A stretch of 64,000 nt of DNA from an uncultured Candidatus Binatia bacterium (GCA_965200965.1 OZ241744.1:96001-160000), one strand, 5' to 3'. Positions 35,870 through 46,423 are shown, counted from the stretch's first letter. Numbers and translations are program-made. The notes: generated by a model from the letters alone, not told the origin.

Positions 35870-38026
35870 CTACTGCCGTTCGCGGACCCGACTGACTTTG
35901 ACCACGCCGCGGACCTTGCCCAGATTGTTGACGACCTGCTTCAGGTCTTCGGCGCTGCGGACCATGACCTCGAAGAGGTTGAGCGCACGCTTGTCGGACA
36001 GGGTACGGACATTGGCGCTCTTGATATTGACCTCAACCGAACTGATGGCTTTGCTCATGGCGGCCAACAGGCCGGGCCGGTCTTCCGACAAGACCTCGAC
36101 TTTGACCGTGCGAGTGAAGTCGTCGGCGTTGTCCCAGCTGACCGCGACATGCCGCTGTGGGTCGCTCTCCAGCAATCGCTGACACTCCACCGCATGCACG
36201 GTCGCGCCTTTGCCACGGGTAATCACGCCCAGAATCCGCTCCCCGGGCAGGGGATTACAGCAACGCCCAAAGCGAACCAGGATATCGCCGAGGCCCCCGA
36301 CCCGGACCCCGCTCCGGCCGCTGTCTTCGCGGACCGGCCGGCTGAGGATTTTGTCGCGTTCGGCCTCATCCAGGGCTTGCCACTGCCTGGTGTCGGCGGG
36401 CGGCAGCAGATGGGGCAGCAGATTTCTGACGGTCAACTGACCGTAGCCCAGAGCGGCCAGCAGGGTTTCCTCTCCCTTATAGCCCAGAGCCTTGGTGGCG
36501 GCCTCAAGTTTGCCCTGTTTGCGCAGCGTGGTCGCGTCGAGCTGGTGGCGGACCAGCTCGCGTTCCAACAGCTCGCGACCCAGGGCAATGCTCCGCTCGC
36601 GCTGCTGGGCTTTGACCCACTGCCGAATCCGCGCCTGGGCTTTGGGCGTTTTGACGATTTTGAGCCAGTCTTTGCTCGGCGTCTGGCGCGGTTTGGTCAG
36701 AATCTCTACCGTATCGCCGTTGCGGAGCTGGTAGCGGAGCGGCACCAGGCGGCCGTTGACCCGCCCTCCGGTGCAATGATTGCCGACCTCAGAGTGTACC
36801 CGATAGGCAAAGTCCACGACCGACGCCCCCTGCGGAAAGTTGTGCAGATCGCCCTTTGGGGTGAACACATAGACTTCTTCGGTGAACAGGTCGCCCTTGA
36901 CCGTGTGCAGAAATTCGGTGGGGTCCTGGACCTGCTGCTGCCACTCCAAGAGCTGCCGCAGCCAGGAAAAGCGCTGATCTTCCTCCACCACTCGACGGCC
37001 CTCTTTGTAGGTCCAGTGGGCGGCGATGCCCTCCTCGGCAATGCGGTGCATCTCGTGGGTCCGAATCTGGACCTCGATCCGCTCGCCGTAGGGGCCGACC
37101 ACGGTGGTGTGCAGGGATTGATACATGTTCGCCTTGGGCAGGGCGATGTAGTCTTTGAGGCGGCCGGGGACCGGCCGCCAGTGGCTGTGGACAATGCCGA
37201 GGGCACCGTAACAGTCACCGACCGAATTGACGATGATGCGAAACGCGACCAGATCGTAGATCTGATCGAACAGCAGGTTGTGGGACTCCATCTTTTGATA
37301 GATGGAGTAGAAGTGCTTGGGCCGACCGTGGAGCTGAGCCGGAATCCGGGCCTGGTTGAGCTTGTCTTGCAGGATGCTGATGACGGTGTCGATATAGGCC
37401 GCTCGCTCGGTTTTTTTCTTGGCGATATCGCGTTTGAACTGGCTGTAGATCTCGGGATGGAGGTGGCGCAGGGCGTTGTCTTCCAGTTCGCTTTTGAGCC
37501 AGGAAATCCCCAGCCTGTGGGCCAAGGGGGCATAAATGTCCAGGGTTTCCCCGGCAATCTCACGCTGTTTGTCGGCAGACAGATACGACAGGGTCCGCAT
37601 ATTGTGGGCCCGGTCGGCCAGCTTGACCAGCACCACCCGGATATCACGTCCCATGGCCAGGATCATTTTACGAAAATTTTCGGCTTGGCGTTCTTCGCGG
37701 GTCGTAAAATGGATCTGGCTGATCTTGGTGACCCCATCGACGAGGCCAGCTACCTCTGTCCCAAACTGCTGCTCAAGCTCTTCCAGGGTGGTTAAGGTGT
37801 CCTCGACCGTGTCGTGCAGCAGACCGGTGATGACCGTCGGCACATCGAGCTTCATGGCTGTCAGAATCTTGGCGACCTCAACCGGATGGACAAAGTACGG
37901 CTCTCCAGAACGGCGCTTCTGCCCCTGATGCACGCGTTCCGAGAACTCGTAGGCTTGGGTCAGCAGGCCGATGTTGGCATCCGGCTGATAGGTCTGAATA
38001 GTGTGGATCAACTGCTGGTGAGGCAT
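35870..38026 (-). CDS. spoT: bifunctional (p)ppGpp synthetase/hydrolase
   Basis: HQGQKRRSGEPY, LHDTVEDT (intact HD), KLADRAHNMRTL, YQSLHTT, EVQIRT, TGS and ACT domains. Confidence 0.95.
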   Translation of the reverse strand: MPHQQLIHTIQTYQPDANIGLLTQAYEFSERVHQGQKRRSGEPYFVHPVEVAKILTAMKLDVPTVITGLLHDTVEDTLTTLEELEQQFGTEVAGLVDGVTKISQIHFTTREERQAENFRKMILAMGRDIRVVLVKLADRAHNMRTLSYLSADKQREIAGETLDIYAPLAHRLGISWLKSELEDNALRHLHPEIYSQFKRDIAKKKTERAAYIDTVISILQDKLNQARIPAQLHGRPKHFYSIYQKMESHNLLFDQIYDLVAFRIIVNSVGDCYGALGIVHSHWRPVPGRLKDYIALPKANMYQSLHTTVVGPYGERIEVQIRTHEMHRIAEEGIAAHWTYKEGRRVVEEDQRFSWLRQLLEWQQQVQDPTEFLHTVKGDLFTEEVYVFTPKGDLHNFPQGASVVDFAYRVHSEVGNHCTGGRVNGRLVPLRYQLRNGDTVEILTKPRQTPSKDWLKIVKTPKAQARIRQWVKAQQRERSIALGRELLERELVRHQLDATTLRKQGKLEAATKALGYKGEETLLAALGYGQLTVRNLLPHLLPPADTRQWQALDEAERDKILSRPVREDSGRSGVRVGGLGDILVRFGRCCNPLPGERILGVITRGKGATVHAVECQRLLESDPQRHVAVSWDNADDFTRTVKVEVLSEDRPGLLAAMSKAISSVEVNIKSANVRTLSDKRALNLFEVMVRSAEDLKQVVNNLGKVRGVVKVSRVRERQ

Positions 38027-38691
38027 GGCTGTTCCTGGCCGCGGCCAGCGGCCGGCGGGTTCAGCAGACAATGCAGTGCTGACTGGCTGAAGCGGGAAAT
38101 CCGGGCCCGCTCGGCCCGAATAATGGCCAGCAGGTCGGCCTCGGCTTCTTCGAGCTGCTCGTTCACCACACAGTAATCGTAGTACGCCAGTTGGCCGGCT
38201 TCCTGCCGACCACGGCTGAGGCGGGCGGCAATGGTCTGGGCCGAATCGGTGCCGCGTCCGCGCAGCCGCCGCTCAAGCTCTTGCCACGACGGCGGCAGGA
38301 TAAAAATCGCCACCGTGTGCGGATAGTGGTCTTTGATCTGCCGCGCCCCCTGGACGTCGACATCGAGCAGCAGGTCCCGGCCACCGGCGAGGGCGTCATT
38401 GAGGACGGCGTGGGCGGTACCGTACAGTGCGCCGTGGACTTCGGCCCATTCGACAAAGGCGTTGGCTTGGCGGAGCCGCGCAAACTCGGCTTTGGTCACA
38501 AAGTGATACGCCTGCCCATCGACCTCTCCGGGTCGAGGCTGGCGGGTGGTGTATGAGATCGAGGCGGACAACTGGGCAACCCCGGCGAGCAGCCGTCGGG
38601 CCAGCGTGGTCTTGCCCGTTCCAGACGGAGCCGACAGGAGAAAAAGCGCTCCCCGCCGGGGGAGGCAAAAACGGTGAGCTTGGCGCGACAT
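38008..38691 (-). CDS. gmk: guanylate kinase
   Basis: SAPSGTGKTT, SYTTRQPRPGEVDG..YHF, EWAEVHG.LYGT. Confidence 0.95.
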   Translation of the reverse strand: MSRQAHRFCLPRRGALFLLSAPSGTGKTTLARRLLAGVAQLSASISYTTRQPRPGEVDGQAYHFVTKAEFARLRQANAFVEWAEVHGALYGTAHAVLNDALAGGRDLLLDVDVQGARQIKDHYPHTVAIFILPPSWQELERRLRGRGTDSAQTIAARLSRGRQEAGQLAYYDYCVVNEQLEEAEADLLAIIRAERARISRFSQSALHCLLNPPAAGRGQEQPCLTSS

Positions 38692-38695
38692 GTAC

Positions 38696-39571
38696 TTACT
38701 CTATATTCTGCACTTGTTCGCGCAATTTTTCCACTTCCTCTTTGGCCTCGACAACCAAATGGCGGAGCGGGGCGTCATCGGCCTTGGCCCCGATCGTATT
38801 GACCTCGCGGTTGATCTCCTGAAGCAGAAAATCGAGCCGTTTGCCGACCGGTTCGTGGGTGGTGATGAGAGCTGTCATAGCCTCCAGATGGCTCTGGAAA
38901 CGGACGAGTTCTTCAATGATATCACTTTTCTGGGTGGCCGCCACCACCTCCTGAAGCAGGCGTGACTGGTCGAGCCGGGTGCCGGCCAGAAAAGTTTTGA
39001 CCCGTTCGGTCAGCCGCTGACGGGCTGCCGCCTGAACCCGGCCGCTCCGACGGCTGGCCGCCCGTCTGATCTTGCTCAAGCTGGAAACCCGGTGGCGCAG
39101 CTCACGCCGCAGAGATCTGCCCTCTCGGCTGCGCTGGCCGTCGAGGCTGCGCAGCGCCTTGCTGACCGCCTTTTGGGCCGCCTGGAGCTCGGTCTGGCTG
39201 AGCTGTGGCTGGGCGCTGACCTGGAACAACTCCGGCCGTGAGGCCAACAGCCGGAGGTCAAGCAGGGTGTCGAGGCCGAGCTCTTTTTGCAGTTCGCCAA
39301 ACGCCCGGCGATAGGCCCGGGCCAGATCACGGTTGAGGGAGACCGTATAGGTCTGCGCCACCCGCCCGCTCAGGTTGAGCGACAGATCAAGCCGGCCGCG
39401 ACCGACCGCGGCGCTCACCTGTCGCCGGAGCGCATCTTCCCAGGGCAGGAAGAGACGCGGGAGCGACATTTTTATTTCCAGAAAGCGATGGTTGACCGTC
39501 CGTATTTCAGCGCTCACCCGTCCGCCGGGAAAGCTCGCGCTGCCGCCTCCATAGCCCGTCATACTTCGCAT
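38696..39571 (-). CDS. yicC: YicC/YloC family endoribonuclease
   Basis: MRSMTGYG, VNHRFL, GKRLDFLLQEINREVNT, REQVQNIE. Confidence 0.93.
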   Translation of the reverse strand: MRSMTGYGGGSASFPGGRVSAEIRTVNHRFLEIKMSLPRLFLPWEDALRRQVSAAVGRGRLDLSLNLSGRVAQTYTVSLNRDLARAYRRAFGELQKELGLDTLLDLRLLASRPELFQVSAQPQLSQTELQAAQKAVSKALRSLDGQRSREGRSLRRELRHRVSSLSKIRRAASRRSGRVQAAARQRLTERVKTFLAGTRLDQSRLLQEVVAATQKSDIIEELVRFQSHLEAMTALITTHEPVGKRLDFLLQEINREVNTIGAKADDAPLRHLVVEAKEEVEKLREQVQNIE

Positions 39572-40587
39572 GGGTAGGTCTCGTACAGGACTGTTCGCAG
39601 CTCTGCCGGGCTGATGGTGGCGGTGCCGACTTTGCCAACCACGACACCGGCCGCATGGTTGGCAAAGATGGTCGCCGTTTCAAGACAGGTGCCGGCCCCG
39701 AGGGCCAGCGCGCAGGTGGCCTGAACGGTGTCCCCGGCCCCGGTGACATCAAAAACCTCACGCGCCACGGTTGGAAAATGGCGGACCGCCCTGCCCGCCT
39801 GAAACAAGCTCAGGCCGTCCTCGCCGCGTGAGATGAGCACCGCCGGGGTTTGCCAGCGGTCGAGCAGCCGGGTGCCGGCCTCGGCGAGGCTGACCTCGTC
39901 GTGAATGACCAAGCCGGCGGCTTGGCCGGCTTCTGCCAGATTGGGTTTGACCACACTCGCCCCTCGATAATGGGCAAAGTTGGGCGGTTTGGGGTCAATC
40001 ACATACACAAAGCCGTACTGCCGGCGTAGCTTGGCCAACAGACCGAGCAACTCGGCGTCGATTGCTCCTTTGCCGTAGTCGGAAACCACTACAACGTCAC
40101 ACCCGCTGATGTGGCCGCGTACAAAGGCGCGCAGCCGGGCCAGGACCCGGCTATCAATGGCGTGGCGTGGCTCACGGTCAAGCCGAACGACCTGTTGGCT
40201 ATGGGCAATAATCCGCGTCTTGCTGATCGTTGCCATACTCCGGCTGAGCAGGAGGCCGCTGACCTCGGCCCCACTGGCGGCCAGTTCCTGGACGAGGCGT
40301 CGCCCGTCTTGGTCCCGGCCGACCAGGCCGCAGGCGATGACCTGGCCACCGAGGGCACGAATATTGGTGATGACATTGCCGGCTCCGCCAGCGCGCAGGC
40401 TCTCGTCGGCGACCCGCACGACCGGGACCGGCGCTTCGGGAGAAATCCGCTCAACTTGGCCCCAGAGGTAGCGGTCCAGCATCACATCACCGACCACCAG
40501 AACACGCACACCGGAAAAGCGTTCCAGCACGGCGCAGATATCCGGGACGGGCGGGGCGTCAGACCGTGCAGACGGGTGTCGGGCCAT
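39559..40587 (-). CDS. rfaE1: D-glycero-beta-D-manno-heptose-7-phosphate kinase
   Basis: VVGDVMLDRY..RISPEAPVPV, SDYGKG, DVTGAGDT. Confidence 0.9.
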   Translation of the reverse strand: MARHPSARSDAPPVPDICAVLERFSGVRVLVVGDVMLDRYLWGQVERISPEAPVPVVRVADESLRAGGAGNVITNIRALGGQVIACGLVGRDQDGRRLVQELAASGAEVSGLLLSRSMATISKTRIIAHSQQVVRLDREPRHAIDSRVLARLRAFVRGHISGCDVVVVSDYGKGAIDAELLGLLAKLRRQYGFVYVIDPKPPNFAHYRGASVVKPNLAEAGQAAGLVIHDEVSLAEAGTRLLDRWQTPAVLISRGEDGLSLFQAGRAVRHFPTVAREVFDVTGAGDTVQATCALALGAGTCLETATIFANHAAGVVVGKVGTATISPAELRTVLYETYPCEV

Positions 40588-40595
40588 GTCTGTCC

Positions 40596-41705
40596 TTATC
40601 TGCGGGGTGGAAGCAAATCGTCATACAGCACAGCGTTCGCACGGGCCATAGCCTGGACATCAAAATGGGTTTGGGCCCGCTGCTGTCCGGCCCGCCCGAG
40701 GCTGGCGGTCAGGGTCGGGCTGTGGACCAGGTGGGCCAGGGCCGCGGCCAGCGCGCCCGGTGCCTGAGGCGGGACGAGCAGACCGGTGTGACCATCCTCA
40801 ATCAGCTCGGGAATCCCCCCGGCCCGGCTGGCAATAATCGGCCGGCCGGCCGCCAGTGCCTCAATAACGGCCACCCCCAGGCCTTCCCACAGCGGAACGT
40901 GAACAAACACATCGGCGGCCGCCAAATAGGCCGGGACATCGCTGCAAAACCCTGGGAAATGGATCTGTTGGCCCACACCGGCGGCGCGTGCCTGAGCCTC
41001 CAGCGCAGGCCGTTGGGGGCCGTCGCCACACACCATATACGACAGCCGAAGCCCCTGCCGGTGAAGCTGGGCCGCGGCCTCGATCAGGTTCGCCTGGGCC
41101 TTGCGTTTGACCAGTGCCCCAATTGACACGATGAGGATATCGCCACTGTCCAGGCCGTAGCGGCGACGGATCCGTGCTCTGGCCCGCGGGTCGGGCACGA
41201 AGCGGGCGGTGTCGATCCCGCTCGAAATGCGGCGGATGCGGGCGGGTGGGATACCCCCAGCAATCAGGGCCGCCTCTACCCGCTGAGAAATCGCCACCAC
41301 CGCATCAACGCCGGCGGCGTACAAAAACCGCTGCCAGCCTCCCCGCTTCAGCGGATAGTCCATTCTCCGGGTGACGACCCGTTTGACCCTCAAACCGTGC
41401 AGCCACGGGCTCAGGGCGTGGGCGCGAGCGGTATGAAAATGGACCAATTCATAGCCGCCGGTCCGCACTAGACGGCGGAGGCGCAGGCCGGCCAGCGCGT
41501 CACAATCGTTCCGCACCCGCAGCCTGCAGGAGGGCAGGCCGGCTTGGCTGAGCTGGCGGCCCAGAGCGCCGTGTGGAGCGACCGCAACAACCGACCGGTG
41601 GCCAACTCCGTGCAAATAGCGGGTCAAGCCCAAGACTTGGGTTTCACCGCCGCCCCAGCCCCGTTCCGGGTCAACATGCAGAACGGCCCGCCCGTCGCTG
41701 TTCAT
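40596..41705 (-). CDS. glycosyltransferase family 4
   Basis: GWGGGE.Q, EGLGVAVIEALAAG.P.IA..GGIPE. Confidence 0.88.
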   Translation of the reverse strand: MNSDGRAVLHVDPERGWGGGETQVLGLTRYLHGVGHRSVVAVAPHGALGRQLSQAGLPSCRLRVRNDCDALAGLRLRRLVRTGGYELVHFHTARAHALSPWLHGLRVKRVVTRRMDYPLKRGGWQRFLYAAGVDAVVAISQRVEAALIAGGIPPARIRRISSGIDTARFVPDPRARARIRRRYGLDSGDILIVSIGALVKRKAQANLIEAAAQLHRQGLRLSYMVCGDGPQRPALEAQARAAGVGQQIHFPGFCSDVPAYLAAADVFVHVPLWEGLGVAVIEALAAGRPIIASRAGGIPELIEDGHTGLLVPPQAPGALAAALAHLVHSPTLTASLGRAGQQRAQTHFDVQAMARANAVLYDDLLPPRR

Positions 41706-43338
41706 CGTGTGGCCTGCCCAGCGTGTGTTCCCACAGCTTGGCGTATTTGAGAAAGGTGTAAAAGGCGGCGGTGACTGACACAAAGAAACCCGCCCGCCCC
41801 TCCTGGATACAGCCGCTCAGCACATAGAAACGCACAAAGCGCCACAGGGGACGAAACACGATGCCCCCCACGCGGACCCAGGGGCCGCGCCGGGCTAACT
41901 GGTGTGAGGCGACATCGGTCAGATGATTTACCGTCCGCAGATGGTCCGTAATGTTCTCATATGTATAGTGGTAGATGTTGCTCGATAAGCGGTCAGCTTG
42001 GCCGCGGATCACGACTTTCTCGTGCGGGTCAATCCCGCCCCAGCGCACCTTGGGCTTACGGAATAAACGCAGCCGATGACTGGGATACCAGCCGTGCCAC
42101 CACCAGCGGCCCAGGTAATAGACCAAACGGGGGATGTAAAAACCGTCAACCGCGGGATCATCGCGGACCAAGATCGCCACAATGTCGTGTTGCAGGGCCG
42201 GCGAGACTTCCTCATCGGCATCAATATTCAACACCCAGTCGTAACGGGTTTGGCTCAGCGCAAAACGCTTTTGCTCGACATAACCGGGCCAAGCGCGCTG
42301 AATGACGCGGTCGGTGTACTCCTGACAGATCTGCACAGTTTGATCGCTTGAGAAGGAATCGACAACGATAATCTCATCGCACCATTTGACGCTCTCCAAA
42401 CAGCGGCGCAGGTGCGCGGCCTCGTTCTGACACACAATGAAGCACGAGATCGACGCCCGGCGGGGCATGGCCGACGCGCTCATGTCCTGCGGCACAGGGG
42501 GCACCGCGCCTGATCGCTGGCGCGTCCGGCGGCGGGTGTACTCTCTGTCTTTTCTGTCACGCAGCCCGACGAGTTGGCGCAGCAGCGCTCGGCGACGCCG
42601 GGCTGGAGGCAGGGGCGTGCCCAAATAGCGGTACAAAAAGAAGACACGCAGGCTCAGGCGGACTTGACAACCGAGCGTCCGCTCTAACTGGACCAGGTTC
42701 TTGAGCCGTCGCTGGAGGCTCAGGGCCGGGAAGCGCTGTACCCGGTCAAGATCAACCAGGTAAAAACGCCAGTCCGTGTCACCGACCGCCTCAACAAAAA
42801 GATTGGCGTCTTTCATGTCTCCGGCGTACAAGCCGGTGCCGTGAAAGCGCCGCAAAAAATCGGCCAGGGCCGCCAGGAAACGACGCTGTTGGGCGACCGA
42901 CCAGCCGATGTGGCGCTCCTGCCAATATCGGTCCAAGCCGACTTGGGCGACCAACCCCTGACTGACATACACGCTCTCCCGTACCGTCCCGGCCCGCCGC
43001 CGCTCCAGTACGGCCAGGGGACGGGGCACGCAGAAGCCGTGTTCGTGGAGCAGATGCGCGCCCTGCCAGGAACGGCGGGCCGGTGAGCCGTGCAGTAAGG
43101 CGTCGCCGACCCGGCCCCAGTGCCGCAAACGGCAATGCTTGGTCACCACCGCGCCAAGGGGCAGGGAAACCAGACGCACGATCGTCTTCTTGTCGTGCTT
43201 CAGAATCCGGCTCGGGCCCCACTCCTGCGGAGCGGCCGACAAGCGCTCGGTCAGGTCCGGCCTGTCTCCAACACACAAGACGGCTGAGAGAGGGGAGGGT
43301 GCCACGATAGGCTGCTCCGCGCGACGGGGCTCGCACAC
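41671..43338 (-). CDS. LPS kinase (Kdo/WaaP/InaA-like) fused to a GT2 glycosyltransferase
   Basis: N-terminal VPRPLA..GDMKDANL..LVDLD; C-terminal IIVVDSFSSD.T..W.GY..Q..DWVLNIDADE. Confidence 0.8.
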   Translation of the reverse strand: MCEPRRAEQPIVAPSPLSAVLCVGDRPDLTERLSAAPQEWGPSRILKHDKKTIVRLVSLPLGAVVTKHCRLRHWGRVGDALLHGSPARRSWQGAHLLHEHGFCVPRPLAVLERRRAGTVRESVYVSQGLVAQVGLDRYWQERHIGWSVAQQRRFLAALADFLRRFHGTGLYAGDMKDANLFVEAVGDTDWRFYLVDLDRVQRFPALSLQRRLKNLVQLERTLGCQVRLSLRVFFLYRYLGTPLPPARRRRALLRQLVGLRDRKDREYTRRRTRQRSGAVPPVPQDMSASAMPRRASISCFIVCQNEAAHLRRCLESVKWCDEIIVVDSFSSDQTVQICQEYTDRVIQRAWPGYVEQKRFALSQTRYDWVLNIDADEEVSPALQHDIVAILVRDDPAVDGFYIPRLVYYLGRWWWHGWYPSHRLRLFRKPKVRWGGIDPHEKVVIRGQADRLSSNIYHYTYENITDHLRTVNHLTDVASHQLARRGPWVRVGGIVFRPLWRFVRFYVLSGCIQEGRAGFFVSVTAAFYTFLKYAKLWEHTLGRPHDEQRRAGRSAC

Positions 43339-43343
43339 CGATG

Positions 43344-44588
43344 CTAGGACAGATAGCCCAGATCCGCCATCCGCTTCTCAAGCGCACGCCGCTCTTCGAC
43401 GCTCATTTTCTGGCCGGGATTGGCAGCCAGCGGACCGCTCTGGAGGCGCTCAATCTGCTGGCGGAGTCTCAGCCTGACCTCGGGCTGGATGTCAATCAGG
43501 TTGTGTTGTTCGTGCGGGTCGGCCGTCAGGTGGTACAGTTCTTCGGGTAGCTTGGGATTTTCCGGGGCATAGATATATTTCCACTCCGCGGTCCGCCAGC
43601 CGACCCGCCGATCACGCGGGTTGGAGTGGATACGCAAGAAGGCTTCAAGGTAGGCTTCGAGTTTGAGCGGTGTATCGGCCTGCAGGGCCGGGACGAGGCT
43701 CTGGCCGTGGATACCGCTCGGCGGCGTCAGCCCGGCCAGTTCGAGCAGGGTCGGCAGGACATCGACCTGGCGCACCGGTTGCGTGACGGTTTTTCCCAGT
43801 GGGAGCTGGGGATGGGCGGTGGGCCCGATGAATGAGAACACCAGCGGCACACGAATGAGGTTTTCATACACGTCCATCTCGTGTCCCTCGCGCTTGGCTA
43901 TGGACGAGCCGAAGAGGTCGCGGAACAGGCGATAGGTCCGGTAGCCAAGATCCGTCTTGACCAGTTTCTCACCGTGGTCGCCATGCACAACGACAATTGT
44001 ATTCGGCGGGACAGTGTTCATCAGTGTGGCCAGTTGGGCGTCCAGACACGACAGCGCCCGCTCATAGCGGTTGCGGCCGTAGGCCCGGCCGCGGAACTGA
44101 GGCAGGATATGGCGGTGGTGGTGCAGTTCCCACAGGTGTAACAACAGAAACCACGGCTGGTGAGAGGCGGTTTGCAGACGGTGCCGAAAGTCTGTTCCCC
44201 ACGGGGTGGAAAGATAGGCCGGACCATCCCGAAAATTGTAGGTGTCAAAACCCCGGTCAAGCCGGGTTTCGGGAAACAGCGGACCGCTCATCTCGGCGTG
44301 GGTATGATAGCCGTGTGCCTGAAAGACCTCAACTAAGGAAGACACCTCGGGGCTGAGCTTGAGGCCAAAAATAGAGCGGATACCGTGGACGAAGGAATAG
44401 GTGCCAGTCAGCAGGCTGGCCACACACGGCGTGGTTGAAGAGGCGGACGAAACGGCCTGGGTACAGCTGACTCCCGAGCGGACCAGACGGTCCAGGGTCG
44501 GGGTTTGGCAGCCGCGTTGCCGGCCAAAGAGCGCGTCAGCCCGCAAACAATCAATGAGCAGGACAAGGATATTCGGCTGTGATGTCAT
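43344..44588 (-). CDS. sulfatase / alkaline-phosphatase superfamily protein
   Basis: PNILVLLIDCLRAD, TTPCVASLLTG, GDHGE, VPL, DVLPTLL, ELYHL..DPHE. Confidence 0.85.
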   Translation of the reverse strand: MTSQPNILVLLIDCLRADALFGRQRGCQTPTLDRLVRSGVSCTQAVSSASSTTPCVASLLTGTYSFVHGIRSIFGLKLSPEVSSLVEVFQAHGYHTHAEMSGPLFPETRLDRGFDTYNFRDGPAYLSTPWGTDFRHRLQTASHQPWFLLLHLWELHHHRHILPQFRGRAYGRNRYERALSCLDAQLATLMNTVPPNTIVVVHGDHGEKLVKTDLGYRTYRLFRDLFGSSIAKREGHEMDVYENLIRVPLVFSFIGPTAHPQLPLGKTVTQPVRQVDVLPTLLELAGLTPPSGIHGQSLVPALQADTPLKLEAYLEAFLRIHSNPRDRRVGWRTAEWKYIYAPENPKLPEELYHLTADPHEQHNLIDIQPEVRLRLRQQIERLQSGPLAANPGQKMSVEERRALEKRMADLGYLS

Positions 44589-44604
44589 ATGCCGCTCTCA
44601 GCTA

Positions 44605-45651
44605 TCAGCTACCGACGGCCCGCTCAACAGCCTCAAGGACCTGGGTTGCTTGAATGCGTTGCATACACCGGCGACCGATACGGCATCGCCGCGCGTAGCA
44701 CGGGCTACAGGCCGCCGGCCCGGCTATCACCAGTTCCTCCGACCCCCACGGTGCCGAGCGAATCGGGCTGGTTGCCCCCCACAGCGAGACAACCGGCGTG
44801 CCGGTTGCGGCCGCGATATGCATCGGCCCCGAGTCCGGTCCAAAGGCGACTCGACAGCGCGAGAAGATCCCGATCAGGTCGCGCAGGCTGGTCTGTCCGC
44901 TCAGATCGGTGATCCCCGGCCCACCCGCCCGCCTGATCGCCCGCGCAAACGCCACCTCGCCCGGCCCCCCGAGCAGGACAACCCCCAGACCACGCTCGGT
45001 CCTCAGCACCCGGGCCACCTGAACGGTCTGCTCAGCAAACCAAAACCGGCTCGGCCAACGTGAACCCAGAAAAAACGCGGCAAACGGCCGTGGCGTGTTC
45101 GTCAGCAGGCGTTCGACCCGTTGCTCCTCCTCGGGGCGGAGGCGCAGCCCGAACTCGACGGCCGGCGCGTCTTCTTGTCCCTCTAGCCCCAGGCGCTCGG
45201 TAAACTTGAGATAGTGGCCCAGCTTGAGCGAAAAATCGGCCACCGGTTCGATGCTGTGGGTATTGAACAGCCAGTTGCCCTCTTTACTGTTTGTCCGATG
45301 GAAGCCCAGCCGGACCGGTGCGGCCGACCACCAACTGACCAGACCGCTTTTGGCGTGCCGCTGCAAATCGAGCACCAGATCAAACTTCTGGTGTCGAACC
45401 GTGCGCAGAAACGGGACAAAGGCCCGCAGTCCGCGCGCCCGGTGATACACCAGGGTGTCGTTCAGGGCCGGATGGTAGTCAAGCAGTGGTGCTGCGGCCG
45501 ACTCGACCGCCCAGGCAATATGGCTGGAGGGAGAGACACGCCGGACCCGCATCAGGAGTGGCAGGGCTCTGGTGACATCGCCGATTGCTCCCAGCAGCAC
45601 AATCAAAATGCGCTGTGGACTATCGACTTGAAGAGGCGGCAGGGTGGTCAC
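44605..45651 (-). CDS. glycosyltransferase family 9 (heptosyltransferase)
   Basis: LGAIGDV, FDLVLDLQ...KS, DSGPMHIAAA.GTP. Confidence 0.9.
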   Translation of the reverse strand: MTTLPPLQVDSPQRILIVLLGAIGDVTRALPLLMRVRRVSPSSHIAWAVESAAAPLLDYHPALNDTLVYHRARGLRAFVPFLRTVRHQKFDLVLDLQRHAKSGLVSWWSAAPVRLGFHRTNSKEGNWLFNTHSIEPVADFSLKLGHYLKFTERLGLEGQEDAPAVEFGLRLRPEEEQRVERLLTNTPRPFAAFFLGSRWPSRFWFAEQTVQVARVLRTERGLGVVLLGGPGEVAFARAIRRAGGPGITDLSGQTSLRDLIGIFSRCRVAFGPDSGPMHIAAATGTPVVSLWGATSPIRSAPWGSEELVIAGPAACSPCYARRCRIGRRCMQRIQATQVLEAVERAVGS

Positions 45652-45796
45652 ATATGCATCCTATCCCCCCGGAGATTTCCACGTCGAGCCCGGCAAAAAA
45701 CTCGCCGACCGGGAGCCCTGCTTCGGCCTCAACGAGACCCCTTGTATTCCGAGGCCCTATTGATGGGAGGCGCGGTTTACGCTACAGCCTACAGCC

Positions 45797-46400
45797 ATGC
45801 CGGATGTGCGACAACAGTTGTTGGCGGCCCTGGTGGAGCGGTCCTACCGCTGGGACCCGGTCAGGAAATTCCGGTTGGCCTCAGGACGGCTGAGTGACTA
45901 TTACCTGGAGTGCAAGCGGACGACCTTCAGAGCGGACTGCCTGCCACTCGTTGGCCGGGTGCTGCATGAACTTGTCAAGGGCCGGGCGGTGGCCTGTGGT
46001 GGACTGACCCAGGGCGCAGACCCCCTGGCCTTGGCCCTGGCCTACTACAGCGCCGGGCAGGACGATCCGGTTCAGGCCTTCAGTGTTCGCAAACAACCCA
46101 AACCGCACGGCACCCAGCGCCGGATTGAGGGCTGTGTTAATCCGGGCGATCGGGTCTTTGTGCTTGATGATGTGGTTACAACTGGCGATTCGACGGTCAC
46201 GGCGATTCGGACCTGCCGAGAAGAGGGCCTGGACGTTCGGGGTGTGGTAGTCCTGGTTGACCGTGAAGAGGATGACGGACGACACAACATTCAGGCCGCC
46301 CTCGGCCCGGACCTGCCGGTCCGGGCCGTCTTTACCCGCATGGAGATTGAGGCCGCTCGGTGCGCTCTCCACCGCTCTCCACCCCTATCCCCCAATCAAG
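45797..46400 (+). CDS. pyrE: orotate phosphoribosyltransferase (no stop codon; reads in frame into the next gene; end approximate)
   Basis: FRLASGRLSDYY, VRKQPKPHGT, VLDDVVTTGDS, LVDREE. Confidence 0.85.
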
Positions 46401-46423
46401 CAGATCAGAAAGGAGGACATCCA

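Noticed and set aside
35819-37795. 658-aa plus-strand ORF and many similar long ORFs (e.g. 4318-5244, 7177-8244, 23735-24700, 61470-62690)
   Set aside because: Antisense shadows of well-supported genes, expected in GC-rich DNA; no recognisable motifs
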